The notes: generated from the letters alone by a model not told the origin. A stretch of 64,000 nucleotides of DNA from an uncultured Dehalococcoidales bacterium (GCA_964548415.1 CAZJQG010000006.1:12548-76547), one strand, 5' to 3'; positions 52,412 through 61,119 are shown, numbered from the stretch's first letter. Translations and numbers: made by a program.

Positions 52412-53992
52412 ATGGTTAGAACAGGTAAAATTGTCTCGATTTTCGCGATTCTGTTAGTGGTAGTGCTGGCGGTGTCTGCGGCGCCGGCAAACGTGTCAGG
52501 CACTTGCGACACCGATGTATGGGTGGCTCCGCCGCCACTGGGCAACGACGCCAATCCAGGAACTCAGTCACAGCCTTTTGAGCATATCCAGACAGGTATC
52601 AATAACGTATGCACAGATGGCACGGTACATGTGGCCGCAGGTACCTACCATGAAAACCTTTTCATATCTGGTGCCACGAACCTAACCGGTGCCGGCGCCC
52701 ACAATACAATCATTGACGGAGGCAGCACCGGCACAGTTATCAACATCTCCAGCGGACCCGTCACAAACATGATTTCCGGGTTTACAATCCAGAATGGCGC
52801 CCCCTTTGGCTCGTATCCCGGTGGTGGTATTTATACAGATGGAATGCATATCGTCACCCTTAACGACTGCGTCATCAAGGACAACCAAGCCGATTACGGC
52901 GGCGGCATATATAACCTGGGTCAGCTTTACATGAACCGATGTACCGTCAGCGGTAACTCGGCTGTTTACGGTGGCGGTGGCATATACAACACCCCGGGCG
53001 GAATTGGAGACAGCGGACAGGCATGGCTGGACAACTGCACCATCAGCGGCAACAAGGTGACCGAATTCGACTTCAGCGGCGGAGGCGGTATTTATAACTA
53101 TAACGGCACTATAGAACTGCTCAATTGTACCATCGCCTACAATTCCACGAGCAGCTTTAGCGGTACAGTTGGTGGTGGATTCTATAACTATTCCAGTGAT
53201 ACTATGTACTTTAAAAACACCATAGTGGCAAATAACACCGCTGGCAACGACCTATACAACAACGGTCACTCCTCACCGGCGGAAGCGACCGTATCTCAGG
53301 GCTACAATCTGGACAGCGAGAACAGCTGTGGCTTCGACCAGCCCACTGACAAGATTAACACCGACCCTCTGCTCGGTCCGCTCCAAGATAACGGCGGCCC
53401 TACCTTCACCCATGCACTGATGCACGGCAGCCCAGCCATAGACAACGGCGGAGACCCGGGCATTACTGACCAGCGCGGCGTACCAAGACCACAGGGGCCG
53501 GCCTTCGACATCGGCGCCTACGAACTGGAACAGGCCGAAGTAGCCCCACCTGTAGGAACTCAAATCAATGTGTCACCCACCAATCCCAACAACTGGACAC
53601 GCCTGAACCCGCCCACCATGTCGGTGGCCTTTGTCAGCGTTAACCCCCAGCAGGCCGTGGCCAATCAACCCGTCACCATCTCGACCAACGTGGTCAACAC
53701 CGGCGACCAGGGGGGTAACATGAGCGTCGCGCTCAAGATCAACGGGCAGGTGGCCGAGACCAGAATGGTAAGCGTGGGACCTCAAACTTCCCAGCCCATT
53801 AAATTCACCGTAACCAGAGCCCAGCCGGGAACGTACGCCATAGATATCGGCGGCCAGACCGGCAGCTTCACAATACCCGATAACCGTTCGGCATCTGCTC
53901 CGATGAACAGGAACGTGGTCATTCTTATCGCTATTGGAGTGCTGGCATTCATCTCGGCCATGATATTTATACTCAGCCGGCGCCCGGCATAA
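52412..53992 (+). CDS. Secreted beta-helix/CARDB surface protein, paralog 5 (shortest)
   Basis: Same architecture as the other paralogs. Ends SRRPA. Confidence 0.88.
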   Translation: MVRTGKIVSIFAILLVVVLAVSAAPANVSGTCDTDVWVAPPPLGNDANPGTQSQPFEHIQTGINNVCTDGTVHVAAGTYHENLFISGATNLTGAGAHNTIIDGGSTGTVINISSGPVTNMISGFTIQNGAPFGSYPGGGIYTDGMHIVTLNDCVIKDNQADYGGGIYNLGQLYMNRCTVSGNSAVYGGGGIYNTPGGIGDSGQAWLDNCTISGNKVTEFDFSGGGGIYNYNGTIELLNCTIAYNSTSSFSGTVGGGFYNYSSDTMYFKNTIVANNTAGNDLYNNGHSSPAEATVSQGYNLDSENSCGFDQPTDKINTDPLLGPLQDNGGPTFTHALMHGSPAIDNGGDPGITDQRGVPRPQGPAFDIGAYELEQAEVAPPVGTQINVSPTNPNNWTRLNPPTMSVAFVSVNPQQAVANQPVTISTNVVNTGDQGGNMSVALKINGQVAETRMVSVGPQTSQPIKFTVTRAQPGTYAIDIGGQTGSFTIPDNRSASAPMNRNVVILIAIGVLAFISAMIFILSRRPA

Positions 53993-54014
53993 GCTGAATC
54001 GCTAACGCTAGATA

Positions 54015-54045
54015 AAGGGAGCATCGTCGATGCTCCCTTTTTTTG
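54015..54045 (+). terminator. Rho-independent terminator after paralog 5
   Basis: GGGAGCAT-cgtcg-ATGCTCCC followed by TTTTTTTG. Confidence 0.7.
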
Positions 54046-54260
54046 ATGTCTGCCAGGTACTTTGGTACAGCAGTATACTTTAGTACACACAGTTTTCGTC
54101 GAGCCCGGCCTGAAGCTGCCGTGAGCCTGAAATACTCCTTTTTCTACGTGTAAACCTGCATTTTTCGCTATAAACCTTTGTCTATCCCCTCCGTTATTTA
54201 TAAGCACAGAACGGAAATTTTAATCCGTTCCGTAATCCACTAAAGGAGGGTTTAAAAAAG

Positions 54261-56132
54261 ATGAACAAGTGGATCATGCCGGTGATGATAGCCATCGTCG
54301 CCCTGCTGATGCCGGTATCAACGGCAAGTGTCAGCGCCCAGGACGGAACTGGTCTGAGCATCAGCAAATCGGCCGCGCCGACTGTGGCTGCAGTAGGTGA
54401 TACCATCACGTACACCTACGCCATCACCAACACCGACAACGTCACTATTAGCGGCATCAACCTGCAGGACGATTTACTGGGGGCAATCGACCTGGGCGGC
54501 CAGACCAGCCTTGATGCCGGCGGTACTATCACCGCTGCGGCAACCTACACCGTAGTCGCGGCAGACTTACCGGGCCCGCTGGTGAATACGGCGACCGTCT
54601 CCGGCGCCGACCCGGACGGTAACGCCGTCACTGCCAGTACTTCAGCCACTGTCGAATTAAGCTATACCGCTTCGTTACAGCTAACGAAGGTCGCCCAACC
54701 GGCCACGGCCGCAGTTGGCGATAGCATCGATTATACCTTTACCATCGCCAACAACGGACCGGTGACCGTCTCCGACATCACCCTGACGGACGACCAACTC
54801 GGCACCATCGACCTGGGCGGACAGACCAGCCTGACTGCAGACGGAACGATCACGGCGACAGCAACCTATACCGTTGTAGAAGCTGACCTGCCGGGGCCGA
54901 TTACCAACACTGCTACGGTTTCCGGCACCGACCCTGACGGCAACCCGGTTAGCATCAGTGCTACCGCCACGGTTGGGCTTAACTACGAAGCTTTGCTTCA
55001 GCTCAATAAGGTCGCCCAGCCGGCCTCGGCGACCGTAGGTGACAACATTAGTTACACTTACACCATTACCAATAACGGGCCGGTCACTATAAGCGGCATC
55101 GCCTTACAGGACGACTTACTGGGAGCCATAGATCTCGGCGGACTGACCAGCCTTAATGCCGGTGCCAGTGCCTCCGCTTCGGCAACGTATACTGTAGTAG
55201 AAGCCGACCTGCCGGGTCCTATCGTCAATACTGCTACCGTTTCCGGCACCGACCCCAACGGCAACTCAATCACTGCCAGTGCCACAGCTACTGTAGAACT
55301 GACCGGCAACGCCTCCCTTGAGGTTATCAAAAGCGCCGACAGAGATACGGCCTCGCCACGGCAGACCATAAATTACTCTTATACGGTTGCCAATAATGGA
55401 AACATAACCATAAACGATCTGTCGCTTAGCGATGATAAGCTGGGGGCTCTTTCGTTGAGCGCGAATACGCTGGCTCCCGGCGAGAGCGCTACTGCAACTG
55501 CCAACTACGCGGTCACTATAGCTGACTTACCCGGTCCTATCGTGAACACGGCCACTGCAGAAGGCACTGGTTCGGATGGTCAGTCTATTTCAGCTACCAG
55601 TTCCCAGGTCTCCGTCTCCCTGTCCGTGAACAGATGGGAACTGTTCAAAGCCGAGATACTGAAATTGATGGGAGTGCCCGGTAAAGGTATCGACCACGCT
55701 CCAGGCCTTCAAAAACCTTTCAACCCGAAATCTCAGGCCGCCGAGCATGCCGGCCCAAAGAACACCTCACAGCAGCCTGACTCCGATGAGCCCGAACAAT
55801 TTCAAATAAACCAGAATGAAGACAACGAGGGTGCAGAGGAGCAGCTTCAGATAAGACAGGAGACACAGAACCAGGGCACCGGCAGGCAGCTTCAGCTAAG
55901 AGAAGAGACACAGAACCAGGGCACCGGGGAGCAACTGCAGGTGACCAACGAGGTACAAAATCAGTCTGAGAATGGCCCGGTTATACATAATAATGACGAA
56001 GACAACACTGGAAAGGGCCAGCTAAATAACAACGGAGACACAGATAACCAAACCGGCGGACAGGTAAATCCGGGCAACGGCCACCAATCGGACAAGGACA
56101 AAAAGAATAACAAGTCCCAGTCGGGGAGATAG
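54261..56132 (+). CDS. DUF11-type 'conserved repeat domain' surface protein with Gln/Asn/Glu-rich C-terminal tail
   Basis: Signal peptide, then five units of about 95 aa (..K.A.PA.A.VGD.I.YTYTITN.G.VTIS.I.L.DD.LG.IDLGG...PGPI.NTATVSGTDPDGN..). The tail is a low-complexity Q/N/E/G stretch with no C-terminal TM. Confidence 0.85.
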   Translation: MNKWIMPVMIAIVALLMPVSTASVSAQDGTGLSISKSAAPTVAAVGDTITYTYAITNTDNVTISGINLQDDLLGAIDLGGQTSLDAGGTITAAATYTVVAADLPGPLVNTATVSGADPDGNAVTASTSATVELSYTASLQLTKVAQPATAAVGDSIDYTFTIANNGPVTVSDITLTDDQLGTIDLGGQTSLTADGTITATATYTVVEADLPGPITNTATVSGTDPDGNPVSISATATVGLNYEALLQLNKVAQPASATVGDNISYTYTITNNGPVTISGIALQDDLLGAIDLGGLTSLNAGASASASATYTVVEADLPGPIVNTATVSGTDPNGNSITASATATVELTGNASLEVIKSADRDTASPRQTINYSYTVANNGNITINDLSLSDDKLGALSLSANTLAPGESATATANYAVTIADLPGPIVNTATAEGTGSDGQSISATSSQVSVSLSVNRWELFKAEILKLMGVPGKGIDHAPGLQKPFNPKSQAAEHAGPKNTSQQPDSDEPEQFQINQNEDNEGAEEQLQIRQETQNQGTGRQLQLREETQNQGTGEQLQVTNEVQNQSENGPVIHNNDEDNTGKGQLNNNGDTDNQTGGQVNPGNGHQSDKDKKNNKSQSGR

Positions 56133-56154
56133 CTAACTGGAATTAGCTTCGTTA

Positions 56155-56190
56155 AAGAGGGCGGCCAATGGGCCGCCCTCTACTTTTTGT
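56155..56190. terminator. Bidirectional terminator between convergent genes
   Basis: GAGGGCGGCC-aatg-GGCCGCCCTC flanked by an A-run and a T-run. Confidence 0.7.
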
Positions 56191-56211
56191 CCGTTATAGT
56201 GGATCGTTTTA

Positions 56212-57930
56212 CTATTTTCTATTTTTAGTGTGCAGGTATTCCTCGTATTCCACCATTTTGATCAGCACCCTGGCGGCATGCCTGCCCGAGGGATAAGCAT
56301 AATGGGTACCCTCAAGGCGAGGCTGGTCCGAAGTGAAAAAGGTAGTAGTCAGCACCGGCTTCTTATAGCTGGCCACCCACTGCTCGGCCATCGCCACCAG
56401 AAAATGCGCGGAGGCCTGGTCAGGGGTCGGCACTTCCTTTATGCCCACTTCGGCCAGAGCCGCAGAGCCGGGCGGCAGAAAGGCGCTGATAAGGTATGGA
56501 ATTCTGAGGCGGCCGGAGACGATGGCGGCGGCGATTATCTCTGTCACATCGTTCACATCTTCATCCTGATAAATGCCCATTCTCGAAGCCATCAACGAAA
56601 CGACAGGACGCACCGTATTGCCTATTTTTACGGTATCTTTGGCCAGCAAGGCCGCCGTGAACTCCTGGGCTATAGCATGAAAGACTTCGCGATTGGACAG
56701 CCAGGGAGCTTGCTCCCCGGATTCTCTGGAAACAAATAGCGATGTATAAATCGAAAAGCCGCTGAAACCCATAAAAATCAAAGAATCGATCTCGTCCACC
56801 TTTAGCAGCTTTCCTGGAGCCGTAAGATACGTAAGTAAGTTCCTGTCACCAGCCGGGTCGACGGGGTTGCCGTGGCTCCACCGTGGTGGAAACACCTTAT
56901 TCAGAGCAGCGATTACCCGGTCCGGCAGTTTGACTACATCCAGTCCCTCGGTGGCACAGGCTTCGGCGCAGAGAATGCCGTAGCTGCCGCCGGGAGTCAG
57001 TATGGCCACGTTTCTGCCTTTAGGCAGCGGCTGGGTTAAAAATCCGATGGCTACGTCCAGCAGCTCTTCCGGGCTTTCCACACGGACAGCACCGATTTCC
57101 TTAAACGCAGCTTCATAAGCCTCATCCGAGCCGGCCAGCGCTCCTGAATGCGAGGTGATGGCCTTAGCAGCCGCGTCCGTTTTGCCGGGCTTTAGCACGA
57201 TGACCGGCTTGGTCTGCGTGACTTTCTCTACCTTTTCCATGAACCGTCGACCGTCTACCAGGCCTTCGATATAAGCCAGTATCACCTTGACCTCGGGGTC
57301 CTGCCCGAAATATTCGATATAGTCCTCAATCTGTATATCCGCAGCGCACCCGCAACTTACGTAGCGATGGAAGCCCACTCCCCGCATAAATCCGGAAGTA
57401 ACAACTGCACCGCCGACATTTCCGCCTTGAGAAACAAAAGCCAGCGGTCCGTCCTTAACCGGCAGTGGAAACATAAATCCCCTTAAATCGGAAGAAGCGC
57501 TCCAGTAGCCCATGCAGTTGGGGCCGATAAAGTGGATATTGCCTCTGCGGGCGATGCTCAGCACCTCGTCCTGCAGCTTCTTGCCTTCTTTTCCGATTTC
57601 GGCAAAGCCGGCTGAAATAATAACTGCCGCCTTAACACCTTTGGCCACGCAATCCTCCATCACCGAAGCCACTACGGTGGAGGGGACGACGACAATGACC
57701 ATGTCGACCGGGTCCGGTATGTTGCTGACACGGGCATAAGCCTTATGCCCCAGGACTTCGCTTTCTCTGTTATTCACCGGATACACCGGCCCCTTGAAGC
57801 CATTAAGCGCGCTGGTAAATGAAGAATACCCCCACTTATTCCAGTTGCTGGTGGCGCCCACGACGGCCACGGACCTGGGATTGAATAAGGAGTCCAGCTC
57901 TTCGACTATATTTTGAACCATCAATGTCAC
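56212..57930 (-). CDS. CoA-binding acyl-CoA synthetase (ADP-forming, alpha-type) family protein
   Basis: N-terminal CoA-binding Rossmann fold (PRSVAVVGATSN..WGY) and succinyl-CoA-ligase-like flavodoxin domains (VSQGGNVG, SHSGALAG). No ATP-grasp part is evident. Confidence 0.75.
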   Translation of the reverse strand: MTLMVQNIVEELDSLFNPRSVAVVGATSNWNKWGYSSFTSALNGFKGPVYPVNNRESEVLGHKAYARVSNIPDPVDMVIVVVPSTVVASVMEDCVAKGVKAAVIISAGFAEIGKEGKKLQDEVLSIARRGNIHFIGPNCMGYWSASSDLRGFMFPLPVKDGPLAFVSQGGNVGGAVVTSGFMRGVGFHRYVSCGCAADIQIEDYIEYFGQDPEVKVILAYIEGLVDGRRFMEKVEKVTQTKPVIVLKPGKTDAAAKAITSHSGALAGSDEAYEAAFKEIGAVRVESPEELLDVAIGFLTQPLPKGRNVAILTPGGSYGILCAEACATEGLDVVKLPDRVIAALNKVFPPRWSHGNPVDPAGDRNLLTYLTAPGKLLKVDEIDSLIFMGFSGFSIYTSLFVSRESGEQAPWLSNREVFHAIAQEFTAALLAKDTVKIGNTVRPVVSLMASRMGIYQDEDVNDVTEIIAAAIVSGRLRIPYLISAFLPPGSAALAEVGIKEVPTPDQASAHFLVAMAEQWVASYKKPVLTTTFFTSDQPRLEGTHYAYPSGRHAARVLIKMVEYEEYLHTKNRK

Positions 57931-58088
57931 CTCTCTGGTATACTTATGGACGAAATCGACCGGGTTGATTACGGAGTTCGGCCGACATCCGAATATTATA
58001 ACAGATTCGTGAGGTCCGAATGATTCTTATGTAATACATTCCCGGCTTGTCCGTATATTATTCAGAGATACTGATAAAAGGAGGCTTA

Positions 58089-58982
58089 ATGAATAAGGTT
58101 CTTAAAATTCTGATTCCGGTACTCTTGATTCTGGCGCTTCTGTCAGTCGCCGGCTGTGCCAGGCAAGCGTCCGAGACGTCAGTGCCATACCCTGGCGGGC
58201 ATGTCCCCACATCAGCGCCGCCACCGGCACCGGTAATACTGGAATCCAAGGGCGCTACCTATGACTCGACTTCCAGGCTGGTTAGCAGTGATTCCGGCGG
58301 AGGCGAAATCGACCGCAAAATCGTCAAGAACGGCTATATGACGCTGGAAGTAAATGATATAGCAGCGGCCATTAATGGTATAACCGCTATTGCCAACGGC
58401 TTGAACGGCTATGTGGTCTCTTCGAGCCAGCGGGGCTATCCGGATGTCACCTACGGTCAGATTTCCATTCGCGTACCTTCCGACACCTTCGATGAGGCGC
58501 TTAACCAGCTGCGTAAGCTGGCGGTCAACGTGCCCAGCGAGAGCACCAATAGCCAGGACGTGACCCAGGAGTATACCGACCTGCAGGCCCAGCTCAGAAA
58601 TCTGGAAGCCACCGAAGCCCAGTACCTGCAGATACTACAGAAAGCCGAGAAGGTAGAGGACATACTCGCCGTCCAGCGCGAGCTTTCCAACGTGCGAGGT
58701 CAAATCGAGCAAATTAAGGGGCGTATATTGTATATAGAGCGCACCTCCGACATGGCGCTAATCGATGTCAACCTGCAGAAGGTTAAACCTATCGGCGGTA
58801 CTGCCTGGAACGCGCTCGAGACTCTGAAGTCGGCCGCCCGCGGTCTGGTCAGCTTCGGTAAAGCGCTGGCCGATGTGCTCATCTGGCTGGTCATATTCAG
58901 CCCGGTCTGGATTATCATACTGGTCGTGGTGCTCTACTTCGTTAAATGGCGACCACGCAGGGCCAAAGCTTCCAAAAAATAG
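58089..58982 (+). CDS. DUF4349-like lipoprotein with C-terminal TM
   Basis: Start trimmed to MNKVLKILIPVLLILALLSVAGC (lipobox). IVKNGYMTLEVNDI... coiled-coil central part and a C-terminal TM. Confidence 0.7.
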   Translation: MNKVLKILIPVLLILALLSVAGCARQASETSVPYPGGHVPTSAPPPAPVILESKGATYDSTSRLVSSDSGGGEIDRKIVKNGYMTLEVNDIAAAINGITAIANGLNGYVVSSSQRGYPDVTYGQISIRVPSDTFDEALNQLRKLAVNVPSESTNSQDVTQEYTDLQAQLRNLEATEAQYLQILQKAEKVEDILAVQRELSNVRGQIEQIKGRILYIERTSDMALIDVNLQKVKPIGGTAWNALETLKSAARGLVSFGKALADVLIWLVIFSPVWIIILVVVLYFVKWRPRRAKASKK

Positions 58983-58991
58983 AACCAGAAC

Positions 58992-59046
58992 ATGTAGGCC
59001 CGAGGCTTTAGCCTCGGAACCCCGACCCTTAAGGGTCGGGGCTACA
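58992..59046. repeat. Double-hairpin palindromic element (family 1)
   Basis: atgtagg-[CCGAGGC ttt aGCCTCGG]-aa-[CCCCGACCC ttaa GGGTCGGGG]-ctacat. Confidence 0.65.
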
Positions 59047-59073
59047 TTTCCGGCAAATTAAAAAAGGGGAAAT

Positions 59074-59418
59074 ATGAACAATATGATCGCCTACTGCGGA
59101 ATAGTTTGCACCGAATGCCCGGCATTCATAGCCACGCAGGAAAACGACGATGCCAAACGAGCCAAAGTGGCTGACATGTGGTCGAAGCAGTATAAGATGG
59201 CCGTCAAAACGGAGGATATCAACTGCGACGGCTGCATATCCGCAGGCGGCAGGCTAATTAACTACTGTTCGGTTTGTGACATAAGGAAATGCGGCCGGGA
59301 CCACGGCGTGGTGAACTGTGCTTACTGCGATGACTACGGCTGCGAAAAGCTGACCAGGTTCTTTAAAGTAGCGCCGCATGCCAAAGAGTCACTGGAGAAA
59401 ATCAGGAAAAAGAAATAG
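59074..59418 (+). CDS. DUF3795-like Cys-rich protein
   Basis: The pattern YCGIVCTECPAF...CDGC...CSVCDIRKC...CAYCDDYGCEKL is typical of DUF3795 proteins. Confidence 0.7.
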   Translation: MNNMIAYCGIVCTECPAFIATQENDDAKRAKVADMWSKQYKMAVKTEDINCDGCISAGGRLINYCSVCDIRKCGRDHGVVNCAYCDDYGCEKLTRFFKVAPHAKESLEKIRKKK

Positions 59419-59430
59419 TAGTCTCCAACT

Positions 59431-59473
59431 GTCATTGCGAGTCCTTCCTGCATAGGAAGGACGTGGCAATCTC
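59431..59473. repeat. Single arm of the GTCATTGCGAG...CGTGGCAATCTC element (family 2)
   Basis: gtcattgcgag-[TCCTTCC tgcata GGAAGGA]-cgtggcaatctc. Confidence 0.6.
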
Positions 59474-59589
59474 GTCTGAGGGTAGGCTAGAGCATCTGCT
59501 CCAGCCACAGTAAGGCAGTACAAATATAATCCGTAGAGCGGATGCTCCACGGTACCCGAGTATCCAATCTATCGAATTTATAGCTTAGA

Positions 59590-59625
59590 ATTTTGATATT
59601 GTTTAGGATTTAGAGCTTTGTATTT
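59590..59625. repeat. Solo heptad array related to right flank of the four-helix-bundle cassette
   Basis: 59590-59615 matches 36054-36079 at 25 of 26 nt (attttgatattgtttagKatttagag). Confidence 0.6.
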
Positions 59626-59640
59626 GGAGCTTCCGTGATG

Positions 59641-60417
59641 TCACATCACGGAAAGTCCGCCGTCCACACACAGCGTCTGCCCCGTTATATACGACGCCTC
59701 GGCCGACGCCAGGAACAGTACCGCGTAGGCAATCTCTTCCGCTTTGCCGTGGCGTCGCATCGGCACCCGTACTTGAATCCCCTGTTCCCGCTTCTCCCCC
59801 ATGATGGGCTGTACCATCGGGGTGGCGATAAAGCCGGGCGCCACGCAGTTCACCCGGATATTGTCCTTGGCCAGACCCACCGCCAGGGACCTGGTCAACG
59901 CCAGAACACCGGCCTTGGAGGTGGCATAGGCGTACAGTCGGTGGCCGTAAAATGCGGCCATAGAAGCGTTATTCACGATAGCGCCGCCGCCGGCCTTCTT
60001 CATCTCCGGCACGGCGTATTGGCACATGAAGAGTATGCTCTTGAGGTTGGTATTCATGACGGCATCCCACTCTGCCTCGGTAACCTTGAGGCCGCCGCCG
60101 CCCAGCCCGATGCCCACGTTATTGAACACTATATCCAGCCTGCCATATATAGAAATGGCGGCATCGACGACTTTCTTAGCGCCGGCTTCGGTGGCCACGT
60201 CGGCCTCAAACGCTCTAGCCTGGCCGCCTTCGCCGGTAATTAATTTGACGGTCTCTTTCGCGGCTGCCAGGTCCTTATCCACGGCCAGCACCCTGGCACC
60301 CTCACGGGCAAAAAGGATGGCCGTGGCCTTGCCGTTGCCCATGCCGGGACGCGACGAGCCGGCGCCGGATACGATAGCCACCTTGTCCTTCAATCTGTCC
60401 ATGGCTGTCCTCCTCAA
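59641..60417 (-). CDS. SDR-family oxidoreductase
   Basis: TGxxxGxG-type SGAGSSRPGMGNG, NNVG, and YxxxK (YATSKAGV). Confidence 0.88.
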   Translation of the reverse strand: MRRTAMDRLKDKVAIVSGAGSSRPGMGNGKATAILFAREGARVLAVDKDLAAAKETVKLITGEGGQARAFEADVATEAGAKKVVDAAISIYGRLDIVFNNVGIGLGGGGLKVTEAEWDAVMNTNLKSILFMCQYAVPEMKKAGGGAIVNNASMAAFYGHRLYAYATSKAGVLALTRSLAVGLAKDNIRVNCVAPGFIATPMVQPIMGEKREQGIQVRVPMRRHGKAEEIAYAVLFLASAEASYITGQTLCVDGGLSVM

Positions 60418-60420
60418 ATA

Positions 60421-60972
60421 TTACATTACGGGGTCGAACGCCTTTTCGCCGGGCTCGAGCTCTACCTCCAGCGCCACCAGTATCCGTGACACCATCCCGT
60501 AATAGCCGATGGTCATGGTAAGCTTGACTATCTGCGCGTCGTTGAAAAAGCGCTTCAAATTGGCGAAGGTGGCGTCGCCGACCTTAACGTTCAGCGTTAC
60601 CTCGTCCGTGTACTGCAACACGGCGCGCTCGATTTCGGTAAACTTTTCGGAGGTTTTCCAGTCAGACAGGTGGTTTATCTGGTCCGTGGTGACGCCAGCA
60701 ACCTTGCCTATGACCACGTGCTTGGTGAACTCATACTCCGATTTCAGTAAATTACCGACGCGGAGTATGGCCAGCTCGCGCAATTTCGGGTCGAGTATCT
60801 CGGCATTAAGTATGGCATTGCCCAGCCTGATAAAATTTCTGCCCACTTTGGGGGAATTGCCCACAGCCCGGTAAAGGTTGATGATGGGGGCTTTATTGTC
60901 TTCCAGTTTTTGGAACAGCTCTTTAATGACGGGGTCGGCCTGCTCTTTCTCAAGTAATTTGACGCGTGCCAT
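60421..60972 (-). CDS. Carboxymuconolactone decarboxylase (AhpD-like) family protein
   Basis: 183 aa. All-helical CMD-like pattern (LRELAILRVGNLLKSEYEFTKH). No Cys residues. Confidence 0.7.
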   Translation of the reverse strand: MARVKLLEKEQADPVIKELFQKLEDNKAPIINLYRAVGNSPKVGRNFIRLGNAILNAEILDPKLRELAILRVGNLLKSEYEFTKHVVIGKVAGVTTDQINHLSDWKTSEKFTEIERAVLQYTDEVTLNVKVGDATFANLKRFFNDAQIVKLTMTIGYYGMVSRILVALEVELEPGEKAFDPVM

Positions 60973-61054
60973 GATTCCTCCTTTATGCCCGAACTCCGAT
61001 AATACGACGGCGCCACATCACTGTCAACAGGAGATGTAATTGCATTTCCGTGCC

Positions 61055-61081
61055 GTAGGGGCGTACCTTCAGGTGCGCCCC
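61055..61081. repeat. Single hairpin of family 1
   Basis: gtaGGGGCGtACC-ttca-GGTgCGCCCC. Confidence 0.55.
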
Positions 61082-61119
61082 GCCGCGGAGCGGATGCTCC
61101 ACGGTACCCCACGTGTCGT

